Virus record (IMG/VR): IMGVR_UViG_3300033076_001166
Coordinates: 1 to 27,811 of that record
Length of the DNA: 27,811 bases
Strand: one strand, 5' to 3'
Source: a virus
Lineage: Duplodnaviria > Caudoviricetes
Positions 15,955-23,662 of this stretch are shown one piece after another. A program made the translations under genes and the position numbers. The notes beneath the pieces are model-generated. The model searched no databases and was not told the DNA's origin. It worked only from the letters and a program-made list of their open reading frames with translations. The stretch's first letter is position 1; every line of letters starts with the position of its first letter.

Positions 15955-18900
15955 ATCCATTTTCTTTTTTAATTTCTATTAATCCATCTACGATATCTCT
16001 CATTTGTTCTAAGTGAGAAATAACCCATATAAAATCAAATTGAGTTTTAAGATACTGCATCATCATAAATAAAGATGATAAGTTATCACTATCTAATGTA
16101 CCAAATCCTTCATCTATTACCAAAAAGTTTGGTCGAGGTAAATTACATACATTAATAAGTGCTACTCTAATTGCCAAACCACTTACAAATTTCTCCATAC
16201 CACTACACATTTCCAATGGCCATTCTTGGTCATCATAAACAATTTTGGCATTAATTGATTTACCATCAACTTCCATTACAACTCCAAAATCTACAACTTG
16301 TGAAAGAATATTATTTACTTCATTTTCAATTACTGGCAATGCTTTGGAAATCAACTCATAAGGAATACCATCTCTCTTAACTGCATCTAAATAATAGGTG
16401 TATAGGCGATTCTTTTCTTCCAATTCCTTAACATCATTCATCTTATCTTTTATCCCCTCTATAAACGAAGATATGGAAGAAATAGAGCCATTCACACTTG
16501 CTATATCTTTTGTTACTTTTCGTACTTCAGATTCAATCTCACTTTTTGTGGTTTTCAATCCAGCAATAACTCCATTAATTTGTTCATTACGCTTAATTGT
16601 TTCTTCATTATCGTGATATTTTTGAATGCTATCCTTTATCGATTGTAATTGATGTTCTAATAATTGTTCTTTAGTACCCAATCCCTCCAATTCAGCTTCT
16701 GCTTTTTCTTTTATAACAATTCCTTTACTATATTTGGCTCTCAAATCTAGCATAGAATCATATTGTTCTCTTGCATCTTCAAACATAGAGATTACATTTA
16801 AGAATCCCATTACATCGTTATTAGCTTCATCAACATTGGCTTCTAACATCGGTAAAGATTCTTTTGCATTCATTGCATCCTTTACGAATACATTATCACA
16901 ACAAAATTTACAATTAGGGTCATACTGATGTGATTCCAAATGTTCAATCTTCTTTTCTGCTCCCAACAAATGCTGCTTAGCTATCGAATGAACTTTTTCT
17001 GCATCTGATAAATCTTTTTCAGCTGATAATAAATTCGAATGAGCTTGTTCAATATCAATATAATCATCTTCTGAAAGATAGAATTTCTTTTTATCTTCCA
17101 TTGATGCCGATAATTCCGTTAAAACAGTTGTGTAATTATCAATTGTTTCTCTCTTAGCTTTCTTCTCCGCAAGTATATGTAAAATATCTCTACCTAAATC
17201 ACCTTCTTGTTTTGTTAATGTAACTAAATCCAAATTACCATCCATTGGAGTAAGTTCTGCACTTAATCCAACAATTCTATTATTTAAATCAGTTACATCG
17301 CCATTCAATCTACCTAATTCTTTTTCTAAATCTTTTAACTCATCTTTTTTAGATTTTAGTTCAATAGCTTTATCAGCTAATTCGGATGTAAAATCGGTTT
17401 TCTTAAAGTTTTTAATTAGGACTGAAACTTCTTTGATATCCTCTGTTGCAGTTTCGTATAATTTATCAAACACATTTAATCCCATAAATTGTGCTAATAA
17501 ATCTTTTCTTTCCGATTGAGATTTATCGATGAATAAAGCGTTATTACCTTGTAAAGATAATGCAGTTAATACAAAGTCCTCATACTTACCTACATATTGT
17601 TCAATGATTTGGTTTGTATCTCTTCTTTCCGTTCCGTTTAACGATGTCTTATCATCACCATCTTGTCTCCAGAATTGTACATCCACCTTAACATTCTTAC
17701 CTTTGTTAATTGTTTTTGCAGTTCTTTCAATGTGATAATCTAATCCATCAATTTGAAAATGTAAATGACAAGAGAATTCTGATTTACGATTATTTAGAAT
17801 ATTAGCTGCTTTAAATGCTCTACTACTCTTATCGTATAAACAAAATGATATTGAATCAAATAAAGAAGATTTACCAGTTGCATTTGGTGCAAACAATCCC
17901 ATCAATCCACCTAACTTTGTGAAATCAATTTTGTTATTTTCTCCATAACTAAACATATTTGAAAACTCAAACTTAATTGGTTTCCATTGAATATTTCTCT
18001 GTACATCTTCATTTACAATTCTGCTATTAATATCTCTATTGATTGTTTGTAATTTATCTAAATCCTCTTTAGCTACAAACGGCATCATTCTCTCAACATA
18101 TTCATTGATAAGTGAGTTCTGATAATTAATATCCGAAATATCTTCGAAATCTAATTTGTTTAATCTATTACCTGTTTTTGATTTAGAAAGTGAATCGGTT
18201 CTAATAATTGTAAAATCCTCAACACCATATCTCATCTTAATTTCAGCCATTACTCTTTTAGTATCAGCTGAATCGGTATTAGATAAACGAACTCTCAAAC
18301 GAGGTTTCTTTGGCATATCATTTACAATAGGAACTTTCCCATTATCAATATCCATTGTGTAATATCCACAATCGTTATGAATATCAATTGCTTCGTAAGT
18401 CATTGTATCCAAATCCCAAACAAGGAATCCGTGCTTATCCAATGTTTCACCAAAGTTTTGTTGAACCAATGAACCGGCGTAAACTACCTTACATCCCTTT
18501 GGGGAAATCATCTCTTGTCTTTTGTGGATATCACCTAATAGGGCTAAATCATATCCATCAAACATTTCGGTTGTAAAATGACGAGAAGATACTACATATC
18601 CAATATCGGTTTGAGAATTATCAACTGGCCCGTGAAATAATGCAATCTTTTTATTGCTGGATAATGTTTCTGCTTTAGGCCAATTGGTTTTATCATCAAA
18701 TATACTGAATACACCAAAATCTATTCCACCAATAGAGTAAACTTGCGTATCTCTTAAATATGTAAAGTTTGGTAGATTTAATGCTTCCACTATTGGAGTA
18801 AGTACATCCAATCTATCTGAATTGTTCATATTACAATCGTGATTACCTGTAATTAGGATAGTTTCACAATGTTTAGAACATTCCGTAAATAACCAACTAA

Positions 18901-19096
18901 TCTCTCTCACTAATTCTGGAGATAATTCTAATTTAGCATGTGCGATATCACCTGCTAAATAGATGATTGAATCTTCCGTTCCTCTTTTACGGATTTCTTC
19001 AAACATTTTTTCAAACACTTGTCTATACTCATTGTGTCTTTTCACATTACGAATATGTACATCCGCAATATGATAAATCTTTTTTAATCTACTCAT
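15935..19096 (-). CDS. Fused SbcD/Mre11 nuclease and SbcC/Rad50 ATPase (T4 gp47-gp46-like recombination nuclease)
   Basis: Metallophosphoesterase motifs ADVH, AGD, TGNHD, FHG and LGDIH. Walker A APNATGKSS, Q-loop SLQ, coiled coil with central CKFC zinc hook, signature CSGME, Walker B/D-loop VIDEGFGTLD, and ISH. Confidence 0.92.
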   Translation of the reverse strand: MSRLKKIYHIADVHIRNVKRHNEYRQVFEKMFEEIRKRGTEDSIIYLAGDIAHAKLELSPELVREISWLFTECSKHCETILITGNHDCNMNNSDRLDVLTPIVEALNLPNFTYLRDTQVYSIGGIDFGVFSIFDDKTNWPKAETLSSNKKIALFHGPVDNSQTDIGYVVSSRHFTTEMFDGYDLALLGDIHKRQEMISPKGCKVVYAGSLVQQNFGETLDKHGFLVWDLDTMTYEAIDIHNDCGYYTMDIDNGKVPIVNDMPKKPRLRVRLSNTDSADTKRVMAEIKMRYGVEDFTIIRTDSLSKSKTGNRLNKLDFEDISDINYQNSLINEYVERMMPFVAKEDLDKLQTINRDINSRIVNEDVQRNIQWKPIKFEFSNMFSYGENNKIDFTKLGGLMGLFAPNATGKSSLFDSISFCLYDKSSRAFKAANILNNRKSEFSCHLHFQIDGLDYHIERTAKTINKGKNVKVDVQFWRQDGDDKTSLNGTERRDTNQIIEQYVGKYEDFVLTALSLQGNNALFIDKSQSERKDLLAQFMGLNVFDKLYETATEDIKEVSVLIKNFKKTDFTSELADKAIELKSKKDELKDLEKELGRLNGDVTDLNNRIVGLSAELTPMDGNLDLVTLTKQEGDLGRDILHILAEKKAKRETIDNYTTVLTELSASMEDKKKFYLSEDDYIDIEQAHSNLLSAEKDLSDAEKVHSIAKQHLLGAEKKIEHLESHQYDPNCKFCCDNVFVKDAMNAKESLPMLEANVDEANNDVMGFLNVISMFEDAREQYDSMLDLRAKYSKGIVIKEKAEAELEGLGTKEQLLEHQLQSIKDSIQKYHDNEETIKRNEQINGVIAGLKTTKSEIESEVRKVTKDIASVNGSISSISSFIEGIKDKMNDVKELEEKNRLYTYYLDAVKRDGIPYELISKALPVIENEVNNILSQVVDFGVVMEVDGKSINAKIVYDDQEWPLEMCSGMEKFVSGLAIRVALINVCNLPRPNFLVIDEGFGTLDSDNLSSLFMMMQYLKTQFDFIWVISHLEQMRDIVDGLIEIKKENGFSKIDF

Positions 19097-20034
19097 AAAC
19101 TCATAATCTTGTTTAACAATAACTCATCCGATGAAAACTCTTTAGTTTTCTTTAGTTCTTCATAAAACTTTTCGTATCCTATTTCAGATGCATCTTTATC
19201 TTTCATATACATCATTTTAACATTGATACCTTGTTTACGAAAATATTCTGCTGCTTTAAGTGCTTCATTAATTGCATCGTTATCTAAAGAAATAATAATA
19301 TCACTAACTCCACTCATAAAGATTTTTTCTACTAATTGTCTTGAAGGAAACTTACCCAACAATGGTATTGCATTTCTTCTAATTGTGATTGCATCAAATA
19401 CACCTTCGCATAATATAATTGGTTCATTCCAATTGATTTGTGATTCCAAACAAATTACATTTTTACTGATTGGAGGGTTTTTGTATTTCATTTTCTCTTC
19501 CGGATAATATGAACGAGAAACAAAGTAGTTTAATTGTCCATCCGATAAATACGATGGAATAATAACTCTCTTTGCATATAACCCTTCCGTGCAATAACCA
19601 ATATTATATTTAATAATCTCCTTTATACCAATTCCTCTTTGAGAAAGATAGAACATAGCATGTTTATATTCGGGATTAAACCCTTTAGGAACTTCACTAA
19701 GCGATTTAAATTCTTTTGGTAACTGAATGTATACTTTTGTACCTTCATCCTCATTTTGGGGATTATAATTCGAATCTCCATATATTTCTCTAATGATTGA
19801 GATTGTTTTTCTATCAACATCCAATCTTTTTAATAAAGAAGTTAATTTCTTACCACCACTATTACAAGTCCAACAATGCCATTTTTGAGTTTCGGTATTG
19901 ACTTGAAGTTTTTGTTTGTGGTGATTACAAAATGGACAATGGAATGCAAGTTCGTTACCTTTTAGATTGGAGTAACTACCCAACGCATTAGAAAGCGTTG
20001 TAATAACTTTGGATTTGTCAGTACTATTCAACAC
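19093..20034 (-). CDS. DNA primase (zinc-binding domain plus TOPRIM)
   Basis: CPFC...HCWTC zinc finger, RVIIP, KYKNP, CEGVFD and LDND TOPRIM motifs. GTG start. 4-nt ATGA overlap with the SbcDC gene. Confidence 0.9.
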   Translation of the reverse strand: MLNSTDKSKVITTLSNALGSYSNLKGNELAFHCPFCNHHKQKLQVNTETQKWHCWTCNSGGKKLTSLLKRLDVDRKTISIIREIYGDSNYNPQNEDEGTKVYIQLPKEFKSLSEVPKGFNPEYKHAMFYLSQRGIGIKEIIKYNIGYCTEGLYAKRVIIPSYLSDGQLNYFVSRSYYPEEKMKYKNPPISKNVICLESQINWNEPIILCEGVFDAITIRRNAIPLLGKFPSRQLVEKIFMSGVSDIIISLDNDAINEALKAAEYFRKQGINVKMMYMKDKDASEIGYEKFYEELKKTKEFSSDELLLNKIMSL

Positions 20035-20038
20035 ATTA

Positions 20039-20070
20039 CAAATATATGAACAATATTTGATATTTCCAAA
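20039..20070 (-). promoter_or_regulatory. Bacteroidota sigma-A-type promoter upstream of primase
   Basis: Minus strand reads TTTG-gaaatatcaaatattgttca(20 nt)-TATATTTG, a full match to TTTG-N19-21-TAnnTTTG. Confidence 0.75.
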
Positions 20071-20086
20071 TAAATTAGGAATTATT

Positions 20087-20497
20087 TTATTCTTCGAACC
20101 AATTTTCAGGTATTACTTTGTCAGCATACTTAAATCCATTCTTTTCACACCACATTCCATATGTAGTTTTGGAATTTTTACTGATTTTATTCTTTGAATT
20201 TGAGAATACAAAACGAATATCCAATTGTGGATTTTGTTCTTTAACTAATAGGTGTTTTTTTCTATCTGCGGCAACGAATCTACCTTTGGTTTCTACAAAG
20301 ATACCATTTGGTAACTTAAAATCAGGATTATAAGTATGTTTAGAAGCAGGTACAATATAATCCACTTTTTCGGATTCATATTTAACTTCAACTCCTTTAC
20401 TTTCAATTTGTATTGATATATTCTCTTCAAGACCGGATTTAAATCCGTATTTTCTAGCAACCCAGCTGCTAGATTTCTTTGTAACTTTTTTAGCCAT
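20087..20497 (-). CDS. T7 endonuclease I (gp3)-like Holliday junction resolvase
   Basis: FKSGLEE, YNPDFKLPNGIFVETKGRF (PD-(D/E)xK), DRKKHLLVKEQNPQLDIRFVFSNS and TTYGMWCEKNGF closely follow the T7 gp3 motifs. Confidence 0.92.
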   Translation of the reverse strand: MAKKVTKKSSSWVARKYGFKSGLEENISIQIESKGVEVKYESEKVDYIVPASKHTYNPDFKLPNGIFVETKGRFVAADRKKHLLVKEQNPQLDIRFVFSNSKNKISKNSKTTYGMWCEKNGFKYADKVIPENWFEE

Positions 20498-20502
20498 TAA
20501 AT

Positions 20503-20712
20503 TTATTTTTTCTTCATGTCGGAGTATTTCCCTGCAGCTAATTCACCACCTCTACCTGTTTTGAATTTAGTAGCAGTTAATACTTGCTCATCTACCTTTT
20601 TTAAATCATCGGTAGTATATGGAGTTTTTGCTTTTGAACCAGCTTCAAATGAAATTTTATCAACACCTAATGCTGATTGAGCCGCCTTATATAATTCTAA
20701 AATCTTTGACAT
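20503..20712 (-). CDS. Small Lys-rich hypothetical protein (69 aa)
   Basis: Fits the gap in the same orientation, has an ATG start and is preceded by the ATATTTAT motif. No recognisable domain. Confidence 0.7.
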   Translation of the reverse strand: MSKILELYKAAQSALGVDKISFEAGSKAKTPYTTDDLKKVDEQVLTATKFKTGRGGELAAGKYSDMKKK

Positions 20713-20730
20713 ATTTTTTATTTGTTTATA

Positions 20731-20738
20731 ATAAATAT
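20731..20738 (-). promoter_or_regulatory. ATATTTAT motif
   Basis: 18 nt upstream of ATG 20712. Confidence 0.45.
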
Positions 20739-20741
20739 TGA

Positions 20742-21695
20742 TTATGTATCAAAACGAACAATAAAGTTTACAGGAATATCTGGTTCCGATTTGATTGGTT
20801 GTGGTAACTTAGCTACTGCCACTAAATCACAATTATCATCATATAACCCAATTGTTGTAATAAACGGCGATAAGAATGAACCTGTTGTATCTATTGAACC
20901 ACTTAAATCAATATGTTCAAACCCACCACTAATAGATGAACTAACACTTGAACCATATCTAAAATCTAAAGTATTACCATTATCTAATACAGTCTTTTTT
21001 CTAATATATTTAATAGGTTGCTCTTCATTAATTGTTCTAACAATTCCATCGGTATCTGTAAAAGTAGAAGTAACACCCCCCACCTTAACAACTGCTGAAG
21101 GATTTTGTGAAATATTAAATTCATCTTCGTTTACGATTAATAAATACTCATTTTCATAAATGGTTTCCGTAGATTTGAAATCTAGTTGCCAATCACCTAC
21201 TAATGCTGTATCAATGGAAGCAGTATGAGTATAAACAACTAACCCATGGTCATAAAAGATATCACCAACTATTGTAGAGCCGCTTATCAATGAACCAGAA
21301 CCATTTTCCGTAAATGTAAATGGTATTGCGCTATCAGTTAATGTTAAACTTCCTTTTTTTATCTCTTCTCCAAATATAGATTGTGGTATAGCTAATATTT
21401 TGGCTTTACCATTAAATACTCTTTCACCGCTTACTATTGCCGGTTGATTAGATTTTGTACCAACTCTATATAATGGGTTATCTACATTTGCATAAAATAA
21501 AGAATTCAATTGACCATATAAAGAATGTTTGTTATATGTAACTCCATTTGAAAGGGTTACATCATTTGCTGAATTATATAGTCCAGTATTCTCAGCTTCC
21601 ATTAAATTTATATCAGAACCACTCACAAAACTCCATTCTTTGTAAGCTTTGAAAGGTCTAATACTAATATCCGATTTAGGTATTCTTTTTAACAT
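20742..21695 (-). CDS. Virion structural protein (baseplate/tail-collar-like), paralog of 21767-22981
   Basis: C-terminal ITTIGLYDDNCDLVAVAKLPQPIKS...VRFD and EFNISQNPS are shared with the neighbouring gene. Resembles the C-terminal half of the tail-collar fibre (P2 gpH N-terminal/DUF3751) domain. Confidence 0.6.
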   Translation of the reverse strand: MLKRIPKSDISIRPFKAYKEWSFVSGSDINLMEAENTGLYNSANDVTLSNGVTYNKHSLYGQLNSLFYANVDNPLYRVGTKSNQPAIVSGERVFNGKAKILAIPQSIFGEEIKKGSLTLTDSAIPFTFTENGSGSLISGSTIVGDIFYDHGLVVYTHTASIDTALVGDWQLDFKSTETIYENEYLLIVNEDEFNISQNPSAVVKVGGVTSTFTDTDGIVRTINEEQPIKYIRKKTVLDNGNTLDFRYGSSVSSSISGGFEHIDLSGSIDTTGSFLSPFITTIGLYDDNCDLVAVAKLPQPIKSEPDIPVNFIVRFDT

Positions 21696-21701
21696 ATCGT
21701 A

Positions 21702-21710
21702 TATAAATAT
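21702..21710 (-). promoter_or_regulatory. ATATTTATA motif
   Basis: 6 nt upstream of ATG 21695 and immediately downstream of a terminator. Confidence 0.55.
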
Positions 21711-21714
21711 TCAG

Positions 21715-21751
21715 AAACTAAAAACCCACCAAAAAGGTGGGTCAGTAGTTT
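21715..21751 (-). terminator. Rho-independent terminator after 21767-22981
   Basis: Stem ACCCACC (21724-30) / GGTGGGT (21736-42) with a 5-nt loop, followed on the minus strand by a U-rich tract. An outer AAACTA/TAGTTT pair can extend the stem. Confidence 0.8.
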
Positions 21752-21766
21752 ATTGGTTATTTCCGA

Positions 21767-22981
21767 TTAGAAATCTAACTTTACTTTTATTGCTACTTCT
21801 TTATCAAATGATTTTTCAATTGGTTTAGAAGTTTTTGCTACTGCTAATAATTCATTTGCATCATCATATAAACCTACTGAAGTAATATAAACTTTAGGGT
21901 CTCTTTCGAATGTTGGTTGAACAAATTGTCCAACTGAACCCGTTACAAATGTTGGGTTGTTTGAGAAGTTAAACTCTCTATTGTTTGCTCTTACGAAATA
22001 ATGAGATGTAGAAACATTTTCAGTTCTTCTCGCTTGGAAATCCGCACTTGCACTAATCAATTGATATAATTTCATATTGTTAGTAACATTGTGATAAGTA
22101 TCTGCTACTGATGCTGATGCGAATCCAACGCCTAAACTAGCTGATATAGCCATTGGGTTAAGTAATACTACACCTGCATCTGGATAGAATAATCCCCAAC
22201 CTTGTCCGTTTGAAGAAGTTACAGAACTAATAGTTCCTTCATTTGCAGTTCCAATATTCAATGCACCACTAACCATATTGAAAACTCTACCACTTGCACC
22301 AACTGTTTCAGCTTGACCAGAATCATCTATTAATGAAATAATAGTAGAACCATTTTTCAAATTTAATTGAATATTACCTGGGTCCAATTGCTCTTTATAT
22401 CTAGCTCTATTTACATTGATAGCAAGTATATCGGTTAAATCATGTCCAGCTGCAGTTGAACCATTGTAAACACTAAAATATGTATCACCACTATCTAATA
22501 ATAAATTACGGAATTGTGAATAAACAGCTTTACTAGGAAGAGTTGAACTATCGGTTTGGTCTAATGTAGGAGCTCCACCACCATTCACATGTCCATATGC
22601 AATTGAAAATTGAACTTCTGCTGATGTAGAAGATGTAGCTTGATTATATACATCTAAATAATATTTACCACTAGCTGAAGAACTTTGTGCAGATGAAGTA
22701 TGGAATGTAGTTAATGAACCACTATCTCCGCTCCAAATACCTGAAGTTACTACTTCGGTTCTATTTGTTACTTTATCGATTGAACCAAACTTTTTGTAAA
22801 TACCATTAGTTACGGTAGTGATATCAGTGCTGATTTGTTCACCTTGTCCCAAAAATTGGTTTACGATGTTTACTAATTCGTTAGTATCAACGGGAGTGCC
22901 AGCGGTGTTTGCTGCACCGGCTAAGTATTGTGATATATTACTTGCTAATAGGGCTCCTCTATTATCTCTTATTACTGCCAT
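21767..22981 (-). CDS. Virion structural protein (baseplate/tail-collar-like)
   Basis: 404 aa, Ser/Thr-rich. EFNFSNNPT and C-terminal ITSVGLYDDANELLAVAKTSKPIEK...VKLDF. Confidence 0.6.
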   Translation of the reverse strand: MAVIRDNRGALLASNISQYLAGAANTAGTPVDTNELVNIVNQFLGQGEQISTDITTVTNGIYKKFGSIDKVTNRTEVVTSGIWSGDSGSLTTFHTSSAQSSSASGKYYLDVYNQATSSTSAEVQFSIAYGHVNGGGAPTLDQTDSSTLPSKAVYSQFRNLLLDSGDTYFSVYNGSTAAGHDLTDILAINVNRARYKEQLDPGNIQLNLKNGSTIISLIDDSGQAETVGASGRVFNMVSGALNIGTANEGTISSVTSSNGQGWGLFYPDAGVVLLNPMAISASLGVGFASASVADTYHNVTNNMKLYQLISASADFQARRTENVSTSHYFVRANNREFNFSNNPTFVTGSVGQFVQPTFERDPKVYITSVGLYDDANELLAVAKTSKPIEKSFDKEVAIKVKLDF

Positions 22982-22988
22982 AGTTTAT

Positions 22989-23612
22989 TTATTGTACATA
23001 TGTTACGGTTACTGGAATCGTTTGTGAACCACCCGTTTCATTACCATAAACAGTTATTGTTGTTTTAATGGTAGATGTTAAAGATGGGTTAGGAATAAAC
23101 TTAAATGTTAATCCTTTTGCTACTGCTGCAGTTGCTGATACATCATCACCAATAAATACTGGCACTGTACCAACATCCGAAGTTACACCCTCTCCCACTA
23201 TATCACCTGCGTTTTTATTAGAAAGGATAATAGTATATCCTAATCTTCTATTTCCTGCTGGTGATGTAGTTGGTGATAATGAAACTTCACCACTTCTTTG
23301 ATTAACTGCGATATTAGGAACACCAAATTCAACAACAGGAATACGAGTTGTATTTTTTGGAAGAGTTACTAATTTATATTTCATTACTTGAGTTTCATCA
23401 GGCGATGCTTCAATTACCGGCATATTCTTAATAGCCGCATCATAGTATGCAGAACCTAGCGGATGTGCCGGTTCATACAAAGAGTAATCGATTTCATCAT
23501 CTGCTAAAGCGAATTGAGTGATGTTCAATCCCAATCCAGCTGCAAGTTTTTCTCTACCTTTTTTTGTTAAGATAGCATCTACTGTTAATTCGGTATTACT
23601 TAAATATCCCAT
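22989..23612 (-). CDS. Virion structural protein (baseplate/tail-collar-like)
   Basis: N-terminal AILTKKGREKLAAG...ITQFALADD resembles the N-terminal half of tail-collar fibre/baseplate-attachment domains. Ig-like C-terminus. Confidence 0.55.
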   Translation of the reverse strand: MGYLSNTELTVDAILTKKGREKLAAGLGLNITQFALADDEIDYSLYEPAHPLGSAYYDAAIKNMPVIEASPDETQVMKYKLVTLPKNTTRIPVVEFGVPNIAVNQRSGEVSLSPTTSPAGNRRLGYTIILSNKNAGDIVGEGVTSDVGTVPVFIGDDVSATAAVAKGLTFKFIPNPSLTSTIKTTITVYGNETGGSQTIPVTVTYVQ

Positions 23613-23636
23613 TGTTAAATTATTTCTATTTTATTA

Positions 23637-23644
23637 ATAAATAT
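23637..23644 (-). promoter_or_regulatory. ATATTTAT motif
   Basis: 24 nt upstream of ATG 23612. Confidence 0.45.
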
Positions 23645-23662
23645 AGTTTTTATAAAAATCCG

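Noticed and set aside
19981-20000. Inverted repeat CAACGC...GCGTTG in the primase 5' coding region
   Set aside because: Only a 6-bp stem inside coding sequence with no U-tract; compatible with chance.
332-23301. The many short plus-strand ORFs in the track (e.g. 332-592, 1710-1922, 11994-12293, 20722-21159) and nested minus-strand ORFs (11662-11895, 19623-19820)
   Set aside because: They lie antisense to, or out of frame within, long well-supported genes and have no recognisable motifs; they are shadow ORFs.
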